From an uncultured Pseudomonadales bacterium (GTDB lineage Bacteria > Pseudomonadota > Gammaproteobacteria > Pseudomonadales > Azotimanducaceae), in assembly GCA_905182155.1 (NCBI GenBank), contig CAJJAX010000036.1:2782-66781 (forward strand): 64,000 nt of DNA, in the 5' to 3' direction. The translations under genes and the position numbers were made by a program. Below, piece by piece: positions 29,935 to 38,800 of the stretch; position 1 is the stretch's first letter, and each line of letters starts with the position of its first letter. The notes beneath the pieces were generated by a model. That model was not told the DNA's origin, made no database searches, and was given only the letters and a program-made list of their open reading frames with translations.

Positions 29935-32900
29935 TTAGAACTGGTATTTAAAGCCCAAACGCATTTGCCATGAAGACTGACCACTGCCCGTCGCAGTGTA
30001 GAGATTATCATCTTCGTCTACACCCGTGATATTGATCCGCCCTGTCTCTCTGTCGAAACCATTGGTCAAAATCTGGCGACTGCTATTATAGCGATACGCT
30101 CTAACGATACCGCTATCGTCATCAATTAAATTTCCGAGGTTAATCAGGTCAAGGTAGATAATCGCTTTATTTTCACCAACTTGAGGCAAGAACTCAGGAA
30201 AATTAATCTCTTGTGTGATTCTGAGATCTAGTCGCGACGTCCAGGGTCCAGTGAAGGCATTTCTGGGCGCATAAGTTCCCTTGAAACCAGACAGCGCCGT
30301 TGCATTGACATGCGCCATCACTGCCGTCGCGACATCAGCAGATGCAAAATTAACCTTCGCATCATCAGCACCGGTTGGAATGTAAGCGAGATCATAACCA
30401 CCATAATGCCCGCGAGCCCCTGTAATCCCATAACGATTATCAAATGTAACACTGTAAGGTTCGCCGCTACTGCGATTAAAGACTAAAGAGAACCGAGTAT
30501 CGTTGTTACCGAACAGGTTAGCCGTGTAATCCATAGACACCAAGAACCGATGCTCTATAGAGAAAGACGATGATGTGGTGTCTAGATTATCCCCATCCCA
30601 TCGTGGCTGATAACCATAAACCGAGCCCGCCTGCGTCGACGTGAGTTCCCAAACATCTTCTGCATCGGTATTGGTATAGGCAGCCAACACGTTCAGACGA
30701 TCAAAGAAAGACTTCCGCAAAGACACTGTAAATGCGGTCGCACCCCCTTCATCGACGTTGGTCAATTCAAGACTGTTCGAGGTCGCATAGATCCCACGTC
30801 CATCTGCTAATTGTCCATTTTGGGTCAACCCAGGATCCCGTATAGCAATCGCTTCATTCACCGTGTCATGATTGAGTTCCAACGTTACGTCATATCCACC
30901 CGCCAAATATAAGTCGAGCGCAAGACTGCCACGCCATGACGATGGCGCTTCGAAATCCGGGTCGACATACTGTGAAGCCGAATTAGAACCCGCCGCCGCA
31001 ATTTCGTAAGTGGAATCCGGACTATTGACCCAAAAGAAACTCGGATCGCCTGCTGGCATTAATCCAATCATCTCTCCAAAACCGCTAATGCTACCATCGT
31101 CGTTTCGGTAATCCCCTCTTGGATAATCTGACAAAGGACCGGGGCGCGAGTAGGCGTTACCTAACCAAACATTTGGGAATCGGCCCATAAACAGCCCATA
31201 CCCACCCCGCACTACTGCTGCCTCGACGAGCCCTGAAGCAAACTCACTAGCAAGGTCGTATTCGAAGGAAAAACGTGGCTGGACGATATCGTAACTAAAA
31301 GCCTGCGCATTCGTATAGCCGTAGGCGGCGGTGAAGGCCGTGTTTTCTACTGGTTTAGTCGGCGTCTGTAGTTTGTCCCATCGCACGCCTGCTTGGAGCG
31401 TTAACTGATCATTTACGTTCCAAATATCTTGGAGATAGAAACTGGTCTTATCTACGTCAAAGTTAGCGGTGATTGTATCCAGAGCCGTTAAGCCAGCCGT
31501 TGGGATTTGGAATCGTAAATAACTCCACTCACCGCTCTCAAAATCGTCGATGCTATCAAACCGGACTTCACCGTTATAACGTGCGAGAAAGGTGTTTTGT
31601 ATATTAGATTCTTCCATCTCCACGCCAGCCGTTATGAGATGAGCATTGAGTGCATAGTCTGCCTTCAAAGAGAACGTTTGGGTGTCAACTGCGATAAAAT
31701 TAGCGCCCCGATACTTCTCACCACCGAGCACGATGTAATCCTGATTACCATCATCATCACGATAGGTAATACTAACTTCCGGGAACAAATTCCCCGCGGA
31801 TCCATCGTCTTCAGTCATCTCATAGCTGGTATATTTTGCCTTGACACTTAACTGATCCGTCAACTCGCCATAGTAGGTAAATGATAATCGCTCGATTTCA
31901 GGGGGCTTAGAATAGACCGTTTTTGAAAACTTATTACCACCAATTCCTTGATACAAAAGGTCTTCACTATTCGAGTAATTCAATTCTAATCGATGCTGAT
32001 CCGTCACGTAATAATCAAGTTTAACGGTGTACTCTTCATGGGATTCTGGAAAACTGAGATTTTCATAGCTGCCGGGATCAAACCCGTAGCGACTGTTCGC
32101 GATCGATGCGATTTGATCGAAAACGTCGGCCGTTGCGGCTTCCGACTCATTCAGGGCACCGGAACCCTTGGGCCCGTATCCGAAAGGCTCCGTTCGCTCG
32201 AATTCTTCATATCCGAAAAAAAAGAACAACTTATCTTCGATAATCGGCCCACTCAGCGTGAAGGCCAATATATCTTCTTCAAACGGTGGGAAGTCGCCGC
32301 CACCAGGCTGCTCACCAACGCCATTTTCATCCCGCTTAGTAATATAAAGACTGCCATCGAATTCATTGCTGCCTGACTTGGTGACGACCGAGATTGAAGC
32401 GCCTGTTGCGCTACCGCGACTGACATCGAACGGCGTTATATCAACCGAAATTTGTTCGACAAAATCCATACTGATTGGATTTCTCATGGTACCGAAACCA
32501 TTTGCATTCAAACCAAACGGATCATTAAAGCTCACCCCATCAATCTGAAAGTCATTGAATCGATTATTGGCACCCATTGCTGAAATCTCAAGTGCTCGAC
32601 TCGACTCAGCATTAATGTTGACCCGAGGATCCATCCGCGCGTAATCAGCGATCGAGCGTTCTACGGTCGGTATGCCGTCGATCCCTTGGCGATCCAATGT
32701 GGTACCGGTGCCAAAGCCTTGGCCACTGACCAGCTTCTGTCCCTTCACGACCACCTCTTCCATACTGCCTTGCTTAAGCAGATTGATCGATATTTTGTCG
32801 TTTTGATAAATAGCAAGATAAACCTCTGAAACAACAGAGGGCGCATACCCTGGCGCACTGACCGATATCGTGTAAGGTCCGCCAACCGGCAAGAAGGAGA

Positions 32901-33084
32901 ATGAAAAATTCTGATCATCGCCCAAGGACTTGGAGCGCTTAAGACCATTGCCCTCGTTGACCACCGTCACCTCGGCACCATTGACGTTGACACTTCCCCG
33001 CATCGTTGCGGTTGTATCCGTGTCAGCAATACTCACGGCCGCAAGCAGCAGCAATGCGATCCCAGCTGTTAATTTTCGAAACAT
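29935..33084 (-). CDS. TonB-dependent outer-membrane receptor with N-terminal carboxypeptidase-regulatory-like domain
   Basis: 1049-aa ORF with signal peptide MFRKLTAGIALLLLAAVSIA. An Ig-like N-domain (GPYTISVSAPGY) is followed by a plug and a beta-barrel. The C-terminus RLGFKYQF ends in the terminal aromatic residue typical of OM barrels. Confidence 0.9.
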   Translation of the reverse strand: MFRKLTAGIALLLLAAVSIADTDTTATMRGSVNVNGAEVTVVNEGNGLKRSKSLGDDQNFSFSFLPVGGPYTISVSAPGYAPSVVSEVYLAIYQNDKISINLLKQGSMEEVVVKGQKLVSGQGFGTGTTLDRQGIDGIPTVERSIADYARMDPRVNINAESSRALEISAMGANNRFNDFQIDGVSFNDPFGLNANGFGTMRNPISMDFVEQISVDITPFDVSRGSATGASISVVTKSGSNEFDGSLYITKRDENGVGEQPGGGDFPPFEEDILAFTLSGPIIEDKLFFFFGYEEFERTEPFGYGPKGSGALNESEAATADVFDQIASIANSRYGFDPGSYENLSFPESHEEYTVKLDYYVTDQHRLELNYSNSEDLLYQGIGGNKFSKTVYSKPPEIERLSFTYYGELTDQLSVKAKYTSYEMTEDDGSAGNLFPEVSITYRDDDGNQDYIVLGGEKYRGANFIAVDTQTFSLKADYALNAHLITAGVEMEESNIQNTFLARYNGEVRFDSIDDFESGEWSYLRFQIPTAGLTALDTITANFDVDKTSFYLQDIWNVNDQLTLQAGVRWDKLQTPTKPVENTAFTAAYGYTNAQAFSYDIVQPRFSFEYDLASEFASGLVEAAVVRGGYGLFMGRFPNVWLGNAYSRPGPLSDYPRGDYRNDDGSISGFGEMIGLMPAGDPSFFWVNSPDSTYEIAAAGSNSASQYVDPDFEAPSSWRGSLALDLYLAGGYDVTLELNHDTVNEAIAIRDPGLTQNGQLADGRGIYATSNSLELTNVDEGGATAFTVSLRKSFFDRLNVLAAYTNTDAEDVWELTSTQAGSVYGYQPRWDGDNLDTTSSSFSIEHRFLVSMDYTANLFGNNDTRFSLVFNRSSGEPYSVTFDNRYGITGARGHYGGYDLAYIPTGADDAKVNFASADVATAVMAHVNATALSGFKGTYAPRNAFTGPWTSRLDLRITQEINFPEFLPQVGENKAIIYLDLINLGNLIDDDSGIVRAYRYNSSRQILTNGFDRETGRINITGVDEDDNLYTATGSGQSSWQMRLGFKYQF

Positions 33085-33173
33085 AATTCATCCTCAAACA
33101 GTTTGTAAATCATGAAGGTTATACCCATTTAGTCCATCACCCACTTTTTTAAATCTCAAAGTTCAACCGTCAT

Positions 33174-33201
33174 TCAAATGCCAGTTGTCAAATGCCAGTT
33201 G
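33174..33201. repeat. Perfect 14-bp tandem duplication (tcaaatgccagttg x2), 90-117 nt upstream of the TonB-dependent receptor start
   Basis: Read directly at 33174-33187 and 33188-33201. On the minus strand the copy junction creates the hexamer TTGACA. Confidence 0.65.
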
Positions 33202-33363
33202 TGGCCCATAAAACGCAACTGACCCTCAAGGGTCATGCCGAACTTCGGAGCCTATTATGCGCCTAATTCATGAAAAGCGGGTAAAGGAAACCGGCCTTTT
33301 TAGAAATAAATGGCGGTTTAAGGGAACTTTATTGAAAAGTTGTAGTCCTCGGCTCAAGGGTTC

Positions 33364-33957
33364 TCACTCTGATCCACGCAAACCCTGTATGACGCTGATA
33401 CATTGCGAGGCAAATAGCATTGTTTTCCCTAACGAGACCGGTAAAAACCCTTTCCTGACGAGCCCTTTTCGGGAATTTTTCGGCATCACCAACTGATCCG
33501 ATAGCACAAAAACCCCATCCTCGACCGGCGCTATGGCTTGAAGCGATTGACCTTTTGGGTCCAGCAAGTAGCCCGGTAATGTCTCACTCAATTCATCCAG
33601 CAGTCGCTCGAAGCTCAGCGCACTCACTCGCACACCATTCTTCGCCATCGTCATACCGTCTTTTGCTAAGCTCGACCCCGCTGCGAGCGCAACGGCACAA
33701 CTGTCCAATAACGCGCGCTCGGTGAGGCCCCCAAGATCGCCAAGGTCATCGCCATGGAACGACAGAACCCGGCTGAAGTCTTGGGATTTTTCAAACACCA
33801 GATGTAAACGACTGTCTGGGCGGTGGCCGCTCGCGACAAACAGTGCGTTGATAATCATGGCAGGGATAAATTCAACGTGGGCGTCCCGCCCAAGGCTTGC
33901 GCGGAATTGCGACGGATCAACGGGTGTTTTGCGACAGCGAACCACGAAATGAATCAT
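33364..33957 (-). CDS. TrmY-like SPOUT methyltransferase (UPF0217/DUF358 family)
   Basis: 197-aa ORF. By eye it aligns along its length with archaeal tRNA (pseudouridine54-N1)-methyltransferase. MIHFVVRCRKTP...HVEFIPAMIINALFVASGHR matches the MR.FI...GR.DLL.R...SAF..SHG pattern. The C-terminal FVLSDQLVMPKNSRKGL...VSLGKTMLFASQCISVIQ matches F.LGDH.G.......ISLGP..L.A.HCI. Confidence 0.5.
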   Translation of the reverse strand: MIHFVVRCRKTPVDPSQFRASLGRDAHVEFIPAMIINALFVASGHRPDSRLHLVFEKSQDFSRVLSFHGDDLGDLGGLTERALLDSCAVALAAGSSLAKDGMTMAKNGVRVSALSFERLLDELSETLPGYLLDPKGQSLQAIAPVEDGVFVLSDQLVMPKNSRKGLVRKGFLPVSLGKTMLFASQCISVIQGLRGSE

Positions 33958-34168
33958 GTAGGACCTCGGTTTTCATCGGCGTCTCGAGCAATAACATTGC
34001 TCGCCAAAGATCTGGGCAATCATAACTTCTGCGAAAAATACCCGGAATCCTCGGCCTGCGGGAGTATACAGGTATTCGAGCAACCCGACTGACAGGCGTC
34101 CCAAATAACGCTTGACCGCCCCCGCCCTATCGAGCCTATGATCCCACAACACGCCTTCCTGGACCCTC

Positions 34169-35428
34169 ATGCCAGACAACGATCGCCTTCAAATGACCTG
34201 GTACAACACCAGCAACGCGCTTTGGATGGCCGGCTTCAGCATACAGCAACTGCTGGTCACCTGGATTCTGGTGGGTATTTTGAAGCAATCTCCTGAAACC
34301 GTCGGACTTGCGCAGCTGCTCATCGGCGTGCCCGCTCTTATTTTCATGCTTTGGGGCGGCGTTATCGGTGACCGGATGGATGGTCGTAAGCTCTTAATCC
34401 AATCCCACTTACTCAGCACCATCCCCCCGCTACTGCTTGCGCTGGCGGTCTACCTTGACCAATTGGGCGTTTGGATCTTGATATTCACAGCGCTCGTTGC
34501 AAACTTACTCAATAGCGCCTCAAATCCCGCACGCAATACCATCTTAAATCTTGTCGCGGGCGCGCGCCTGCAATGGGCGATCAGTCTATCCACCGGGATT
34601 GGCGCCATTGCGACCATGATGGGCACTCGGGTCGCAGGCAGCATCGACCATCTTGGCCTGGTTGAAGTTCTACTGCTTCAAAGCGCGTGTTTTGGCTTGG
34701 GCGCCCTTTTTCTAATCGGGTTGCATGCAAGCGCCCCAGAGGCACAACCCCTGCCGCCCAGTCCAGATGCAAATAGCAGAACAGCAGCCCAACCGAGCAT
34801 GGCCTCGATTATTCGAGAGGGGCTGGTTTACACCTGGCGTTTTAAATTGGCCCGGGACCTAGTTGGACTGAACTTCTTCTCAAGCTTCTTTAACGCCGGC
34901 GCCTGGATGGTGGCGATCCCTTTCATCATCAGTCGGATCTATGCCGGGGATGCCCTGCTGCTGGCGAACATTACGGTCGTATTCTATTTTGGCTCGCTCC
35001 TCGCCAATTTCGGTTTACTCAAATTTATGCCCTTGGCTCGACCTGGCCGAGTCTATCTGATCATGCAGTTGAGCCGGGTCCTCGTGCTTTACCTCATCTG
35101 GTACGAACCCAGCATGACCTGGCTTTGGGCAGCCGCCGCATTTTGGGGCTTCAATATGGGCGTGACCACCACCATGTCCCGGGTCATGATTCAGGAAATG
35201 GCGGAACCCGCCTTTAGAGCCCGCCTCATGTCTGTCTTCACCCTTGGACTCATGAGCGCAACGCCCATGGGGTCTTTGGTCCTCGGCGTCGTGATCGGCC
35301 AATTTGGTGAACTCAATGCGCTCATCCCCGGTATGGTGGCCTCGATCATGATTTTCTATTATGGCTATATAAGAAGCGATATCTGGCAATATCGTAGCCC
35401 TGTCGCCGCGGCCGTCGCAGCGGGTTAA
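34169..35428 (+). CDS. MFS transporter
   Basis: 419-aa ORF with about 12 hydrophobic segments and an MFS loop-like GGVIGDRMDGRKLL between TM2 and TM3. Confidence 0.8.
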   Translation: MPDNDRLQMTWYNTSNALWMAGFSIQQLLVTWILVGILKQSPETVGLAQLLIGVPALIFMLWGGVIGDRMDGRKLLIQSHLLSTIPPLLLALAVYLDQLGVWILIFTALVANLLNSASNPARNTILNLVAGARLQWAISLSTGIGAIATMMGTRVAGSIDHLGLVEVLLLQSACFGLGALFLIGLHASAPEAQPLPPSPDANSRTAAQPSMASIIREGLVYTWRFKLARDLVGLNFFSSFFNAGAWMVAIPFIISRIYAGDALLLANITVVFYFGSLLANFGLLKFMPLARPGRVYLIMQLSRVLVLYLIWYEPSMTWLWAAAAFWGFNMGVTTTMSRVMIQEMAEPAFRARLMSVFTLGLMSATPMGSLVLGVVIGQFGELNALIPGMVASIMIFYYGYIRSDIWQYRSPVAAAVAAG

Positions 35429-35474
35429 CCTTTCCAGGCCGTTCTAAGTGACCGCTAACGACTACAATGCCTTT

Positions 35475-35497
35475 TTGTCCACAAAAACTGTGGATAA
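35475..35497. promoter_or_regulatory. Inverted pair of DnaA-box-like 9-mers (ttgtccaca ... tgtggataa)
   Basis: tgtggataa (35489-35497) is the exact complement of the consensus TTATCCACA. ttgtccaca (35475-35483) has one mismatch. The two are 5 nt apart and are followed by a very AT-rich stretch (35560-35615) containing GATC sites. Confidence 0.3.
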
Positions 35498-35950
35498 GTC
35501 TGGTGATAACTGTTGCCAACGACCATCAAAGCCAGTGTTTTCCGTGAATCCAAGATTGTTCAATTTTTGATCAATTGTATTTAATTATAATTAATACAAT
35601 AAGTTACAAGGCATTCATAACGGCGGCATTGGCTTGCAAGTCTAAGTCGTCAACTAAGGGTCAGATGTGCATAACTCAACTATTCTATCGTCAATAGCAT
35701 GACCGATTACGGCAATTTCTGCTGTTTGAATCCGTTCAAGTCAAGATCTGACCCGACGCAACCGGCAATAAGCCCACTAAAATCAGCGCATTACCGACCC
35801 GCCAAATGAACAAAGCAGAACCCCAATGACCCACCATCAATAAAAGGAAACGGGGAAATTCATGACCTGACCTCGAATTTGAACAACAAACGTCATTGCA
35901 TCGAATCAACTTAACCTTAAAACTAATGACAAACTCGCAAGGGCCCCAGC

Positions 35951-36631
35951 ATGATTAACCTGTATACCGCACCCACACCCAACGGCCACAAAGCATCGGT
36001 TACCTTAGAGGAACTGGGCTTGCCCTATCAGACCCACGCCATCAATCTGTCCGCAAATGATCAAAAGTTACCCGCCTTTCTGGCCATGAACCCAAACGGC
36101 AGAATTCCCGTCATTCGAGACACCGGCACCGGCGAGGTGATTTTCGAGTCCGGCGCCATCATGATCTATCTTGCCGAAAAAACGGGTAAACTTTTGCCGA
36201 CGTCAGGGCCCGGACGCTACGAGGTCCTACAATGGCTCATGTTCCAGATGGGCGGAATCGGTCCAATGATGGGCCAAGCCAATGTTTTCTATCGATACTT
36301 TCCTGAAAAGATTCAGCCCGCCATTGACCGCTATCAGAACGAAACCCGCCGATTATTCGAGGTGCTCGATACCGCCCTGACGGATGCCGAATACTTAGCA
36401 GGCGACTTCTCGATTGCCGACATCGCGAACTGGTGCTGGGTTCGAACCTACCGATGGTCCGGCGTATCCCGAGACAACTTACCCAATCTAGACCGTTGGC
36501 TTACCCAAATGAAAGCGCGCCCAGCCTGCAGAGCTGGCATCAACGTGCCCGCAGCCGCACCCAAGAAAATGCTCTCGGGTGAAGCGCTCGATGCCTTCGC
36601 TAAAGGCGCTCAAACCATTCTGCAAACCTGA
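35951..36631 (+). CDS. Nu-class glutathione S-transferase (YfcG-like)
   Basis: 226-aa [29 protein letters not shown]...[12 protein letters not shown] closely parallels the E. coli YfcG N-terminus as I recall it. Confidence 0.8.
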   Translation: MINLYTAPTPNGHKASVTLEELGLPYQTHAINLSANDQKLPAFLAMNPNGRIPVIRDTGTGEVIFESGAIMIYLAEKTGKLLPTSGPGRYEVLQWLMFQMGGIGPMMGQANVFYRYFPEKIQPAIDRYQNETRRLFEVLDTALTDAEYLAGDFSIADIANWCWVRTYRWSGVSRDNLPNLDRWLTQMKARPACRAGINVPAAAPKKMLSGEALDAFAKGAQTILQT

Positions 36632-36638
36632 AAGACCC

Positions 36639-37541
36639 TTAATAGATCGACAGGAATTCTTGAAATGCGACCATTTGCCCTCCGCTGGCAGACGACGGCA
36701 CGATGATGGGCGTTTTAATACCCGCGTCAAACCAGGCTTCAATGCCCTCTCTGACGGCCGAGGCTGACCCAAACAACGTTGTATCCGCCAACCAGCGATC
36801 GGTTAAGAAGTGGGGCACCCGATCGCGATCACCGGCGGCCAACGCGGCTTCAATGCCTTCCATTTCTTCGCGATAACCCGCAGCTTTCCAGTAGGCTCGA
36901 TAATTCGGAAGCATCGCATAGGACGTTAAGGTCTTACGATTGACCGCTTTGGCAGCCTCGATGTCGTCTGAAATACAGGTTGGAATCATGTTCCCAATAA
37001 AGAAATCATCGCGGCCACGGGTCTCATCGCTCAAATAGCCAAGGGATGTGCTCATATGCGAGCGGGCGCCATTGGCAAACACCATGCCATCACCGATTTC
37101 TTCCGCCAACTGGATCATCTTATGCCGCAGCGTTGCCAGGATAACGGGCGGCATGGGCCCGACCCTTGGAACGGCTTTAAGCTGCTCGACAAACGCGCGG
37201 GTATCCGACAAGGGTTTACCGCTACTCAACCCCCGAGACTTTAATGCTGGGGCATGGCTTACGCCAATGCCAAACCGAAAACGGCCGTCTGATATCTCAT
37301 GGAGATAACCCGCAGTGCTCGCAAAATCGACAACCTGCCTGAAATAGATCGGCATGATACTCGTGCCAATCTCAATCTCATGCGTTACATGCGCCAGCGA
37401 CTGGCAGAGCGCCAACGAGTCCCCAAGACTGGGGCCATAAATACCAGGATAACCGCGCTTTTCGATTTCCTGGGCGAGTTCTAAGGTTGCTTGTCGACGA
37501 CCGGGGACGGCCGCTAAACTCAAAGCGGGTAAACGGGACAT
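36639..37541 (-). CDS. Luciferase-like (LLM class) oxidoreductase, possibly F420-dependent
   Basis: 300-aa ORF with IEKRGYPGIYGPSLGDS and GRFRFGIGVS. Confidence 0.65.
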   Translation of the reverse strand: MSRLPALSLAAVPGRRQATLELAQEIEKRGYPGIYGPSLGDSLALCQSLAHVTHEIEIGTSIMPIYFRQVVDFASTAGYLHEISDGRFRFGIGVSHAPALKSRGLSSGKPLSDTRAFVEQLKAVPRVGPMPPVILATLRHKMIQLAEEIGDGMVFANGARSHMSTSLGYLSDETRGRDDFFIGNMIPTCISDDIEAAKAVNRKTLTSYAMLPNYRAYWKAAGYREEMEGIEAALAAGDRDRVPHFLTDRWLADTTLFGSASAVREGIEAWFDAGIKTPIIVPSSASGGQMVAFQEFLSIY

Positions 37542-37593
37542 GGTTTTCTCCTAGTGTTGATCGGGTTTAAATCTTGATGATAGGTTCTCGACA

Positions 37594-38004
37594 TCAGTGG
37601 CGGGTTAACGCGCGTGCAATGGCCGTCGTCAGCGCATTGAGCCGCTGTGATACGGCAGCTTCAACCGCGGGGCTCCAGACTCTCGCGGCGCTCAAACGCA
37701 GGGTTTGTAACAAGACGTCGCCCAAGACCCCATACATGTCGGGCCTGACAAAATACGAGTTAGCATGGGTCTTGGTTTCAAAAACCAAGTAGTCGCCATC
37801 GCTTGCTGCAACCGAGTCGGATAAAAATAGCCTATAAATTTCAGCCATCATTTTGCCTCGGACGCCCTCATCGACATGCGACATGAGCTGTTCGGCGTCC
37901 GGCATCGCTTGATAAAAGTTTTTATAAATCGTTTCGTTCAGCTCGGGGTCGTCCTCGGCCGCGCATCCAAGCACCCGCTCAATCAGCTCTTGTTCAACAC
38001 TCAT
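37594..38004 (-). CDS. Hypothetical protein, possibly globin-fold
   Basis: 136-aa ORF. The C-terminal THANSYFVRPDMYGVLGDVLLQTLRLSAARVWSPAVEAAVSQRLNALTTAI loosely resembles the H...V.P..Y......LL......W.......AW pattern of bacterial globin domains. This is weak, memory-based evidence. Confidence 0.3.
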   Translation of the reverse strand: MSVEQELIERVLGCAAEDDPELNETIYKNFYQAMPDAEQLMSHVDEGVRGKMMAEIYRLFLSDSVAASDGDYLVFETKTHANSYFVRPDMYGVLGDVLLQTLRLSAARVWSPAVEAAVSQRLNALTTAIARALTRH

Positions 38005-38080
38005 TGTAGGGACTCCAAATTAGGTAGGCCAAGCGCAACGCAATTGACTATAATCGCAATTCTAATGGAGGTACAAATTA

Positions 38081-38800
38081 ATGGTCCGCAGAAAATCATT
38101 CGTACATCAACAAAAGCTCATGGTCGCTGGCTTCCTGGTCACGATCCTGGCACTCATTGCCTACCTGACCCTTGAAACGGTCACCGATGAGGGCGCCCAG
38201 GGCGATTTCATTGCCGGCGTCCATTATGTTGAGCTCGATAAACCCAGACGGATTCGAGGGGATGCGATCGAAGTTATGGAGTTTTTTTCCTACGGCTGTA
38301 TCTTCTGCTATCGATTTGACGATGATCTTGAAGATTGGGCAACCGATAAAGGCGGCCAAGTTCAGCTCATCAGAACCCCCCTCATTGGATCAGATCAATG
38401 GCGCTTATTAGGGGCACACTTTTATGCAATTCAAGACCTCAATGGCCCAGTTGAATTGCATCAAGGTACCTTTAGAGCCATCCACGACTTGGGTAAAAAA
38501 CTCAATGACCCAGAGGATCTTGCTGATTTTGTCGAAAGCAATTCTGATATTGAAAAAGCGCGATACCTCATCCAGATCGAGTCCGCGGCGGTTAAAAGCA
38601 AAGTCAGCCTAGCCGATCGACTGTCTCGGCAAGCCCGTATTACCTCGACGCCACAATTGGTGATCCAAGGTCGTTACCGAATCAGCGTCACGCAAGATGT
38701 TGGCTCGAGCCGCATGCTGGAAATTGCAGACCACTTGATCGAAAAAATTGAAGCCGAACGCCTGGCTAGCCAAACGGCTAGCGCGGCGCCTCAATCTTAG
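38081..38800 (+). CDS. DsbA-family thiol:disulfide oxidoreductase with N-terminal membrane anchor
   Basis: 239-aa ORF with an N-terminal TM helix (LMVAGFLVTILALIAYL) and a CXXC active site in FFSYGCIFCYRF. Confidence 0.75.
   Translation: MVRRKSFVHQQKLMVAGFLVTILALIAYLTLETVTDEGAQGDFIAGVHYVELDKPRRIRGDAIEVMEFFSYGCIFCYRFDDDLEDWATDKGGQVQLIRTPLIGSDQWRLLGAHFYAIQDLNGPVELHQGTFRAIHDLGKKLNDPEDLADFVESNSDIEKARYLIQIESAAVKSKVSLADRLSRQARITSTPQLVIQGRYRISVTQDVGSSRMLEIADHLIEKIEAERLASQTASAAPQS

Noticed and set aside
33085-33363. Cobalamin or other riboswitch in the leader of the TonB-dependent receptor
   Set aside because: I looked on the receptor strand for a B12-box-like core and the conserved stems and found none. 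Only the 14-bp duplication and a small gaccc/gggtc hairpin stand out.
35475-35615. Chromosomal replication origin (oriC)
   Set aside because: There are only two DnaA-box-like 9-mers and no array of boxes or 13-mer-like repeats. The flanking genes (MFS transporter, GST) are not the usual oriC neighbours such as dnaA, rpmH, mnmG or mioC.
36435-36455. GGTTCGAACC T-loop-like string, considered as a possible tRNA
   Set aside because: It lies inside the GST coding sequence. The flanking bases do not form a T-stem or an acceptor stem. I found no cloverleaf-capable region in any intergenic spacer.
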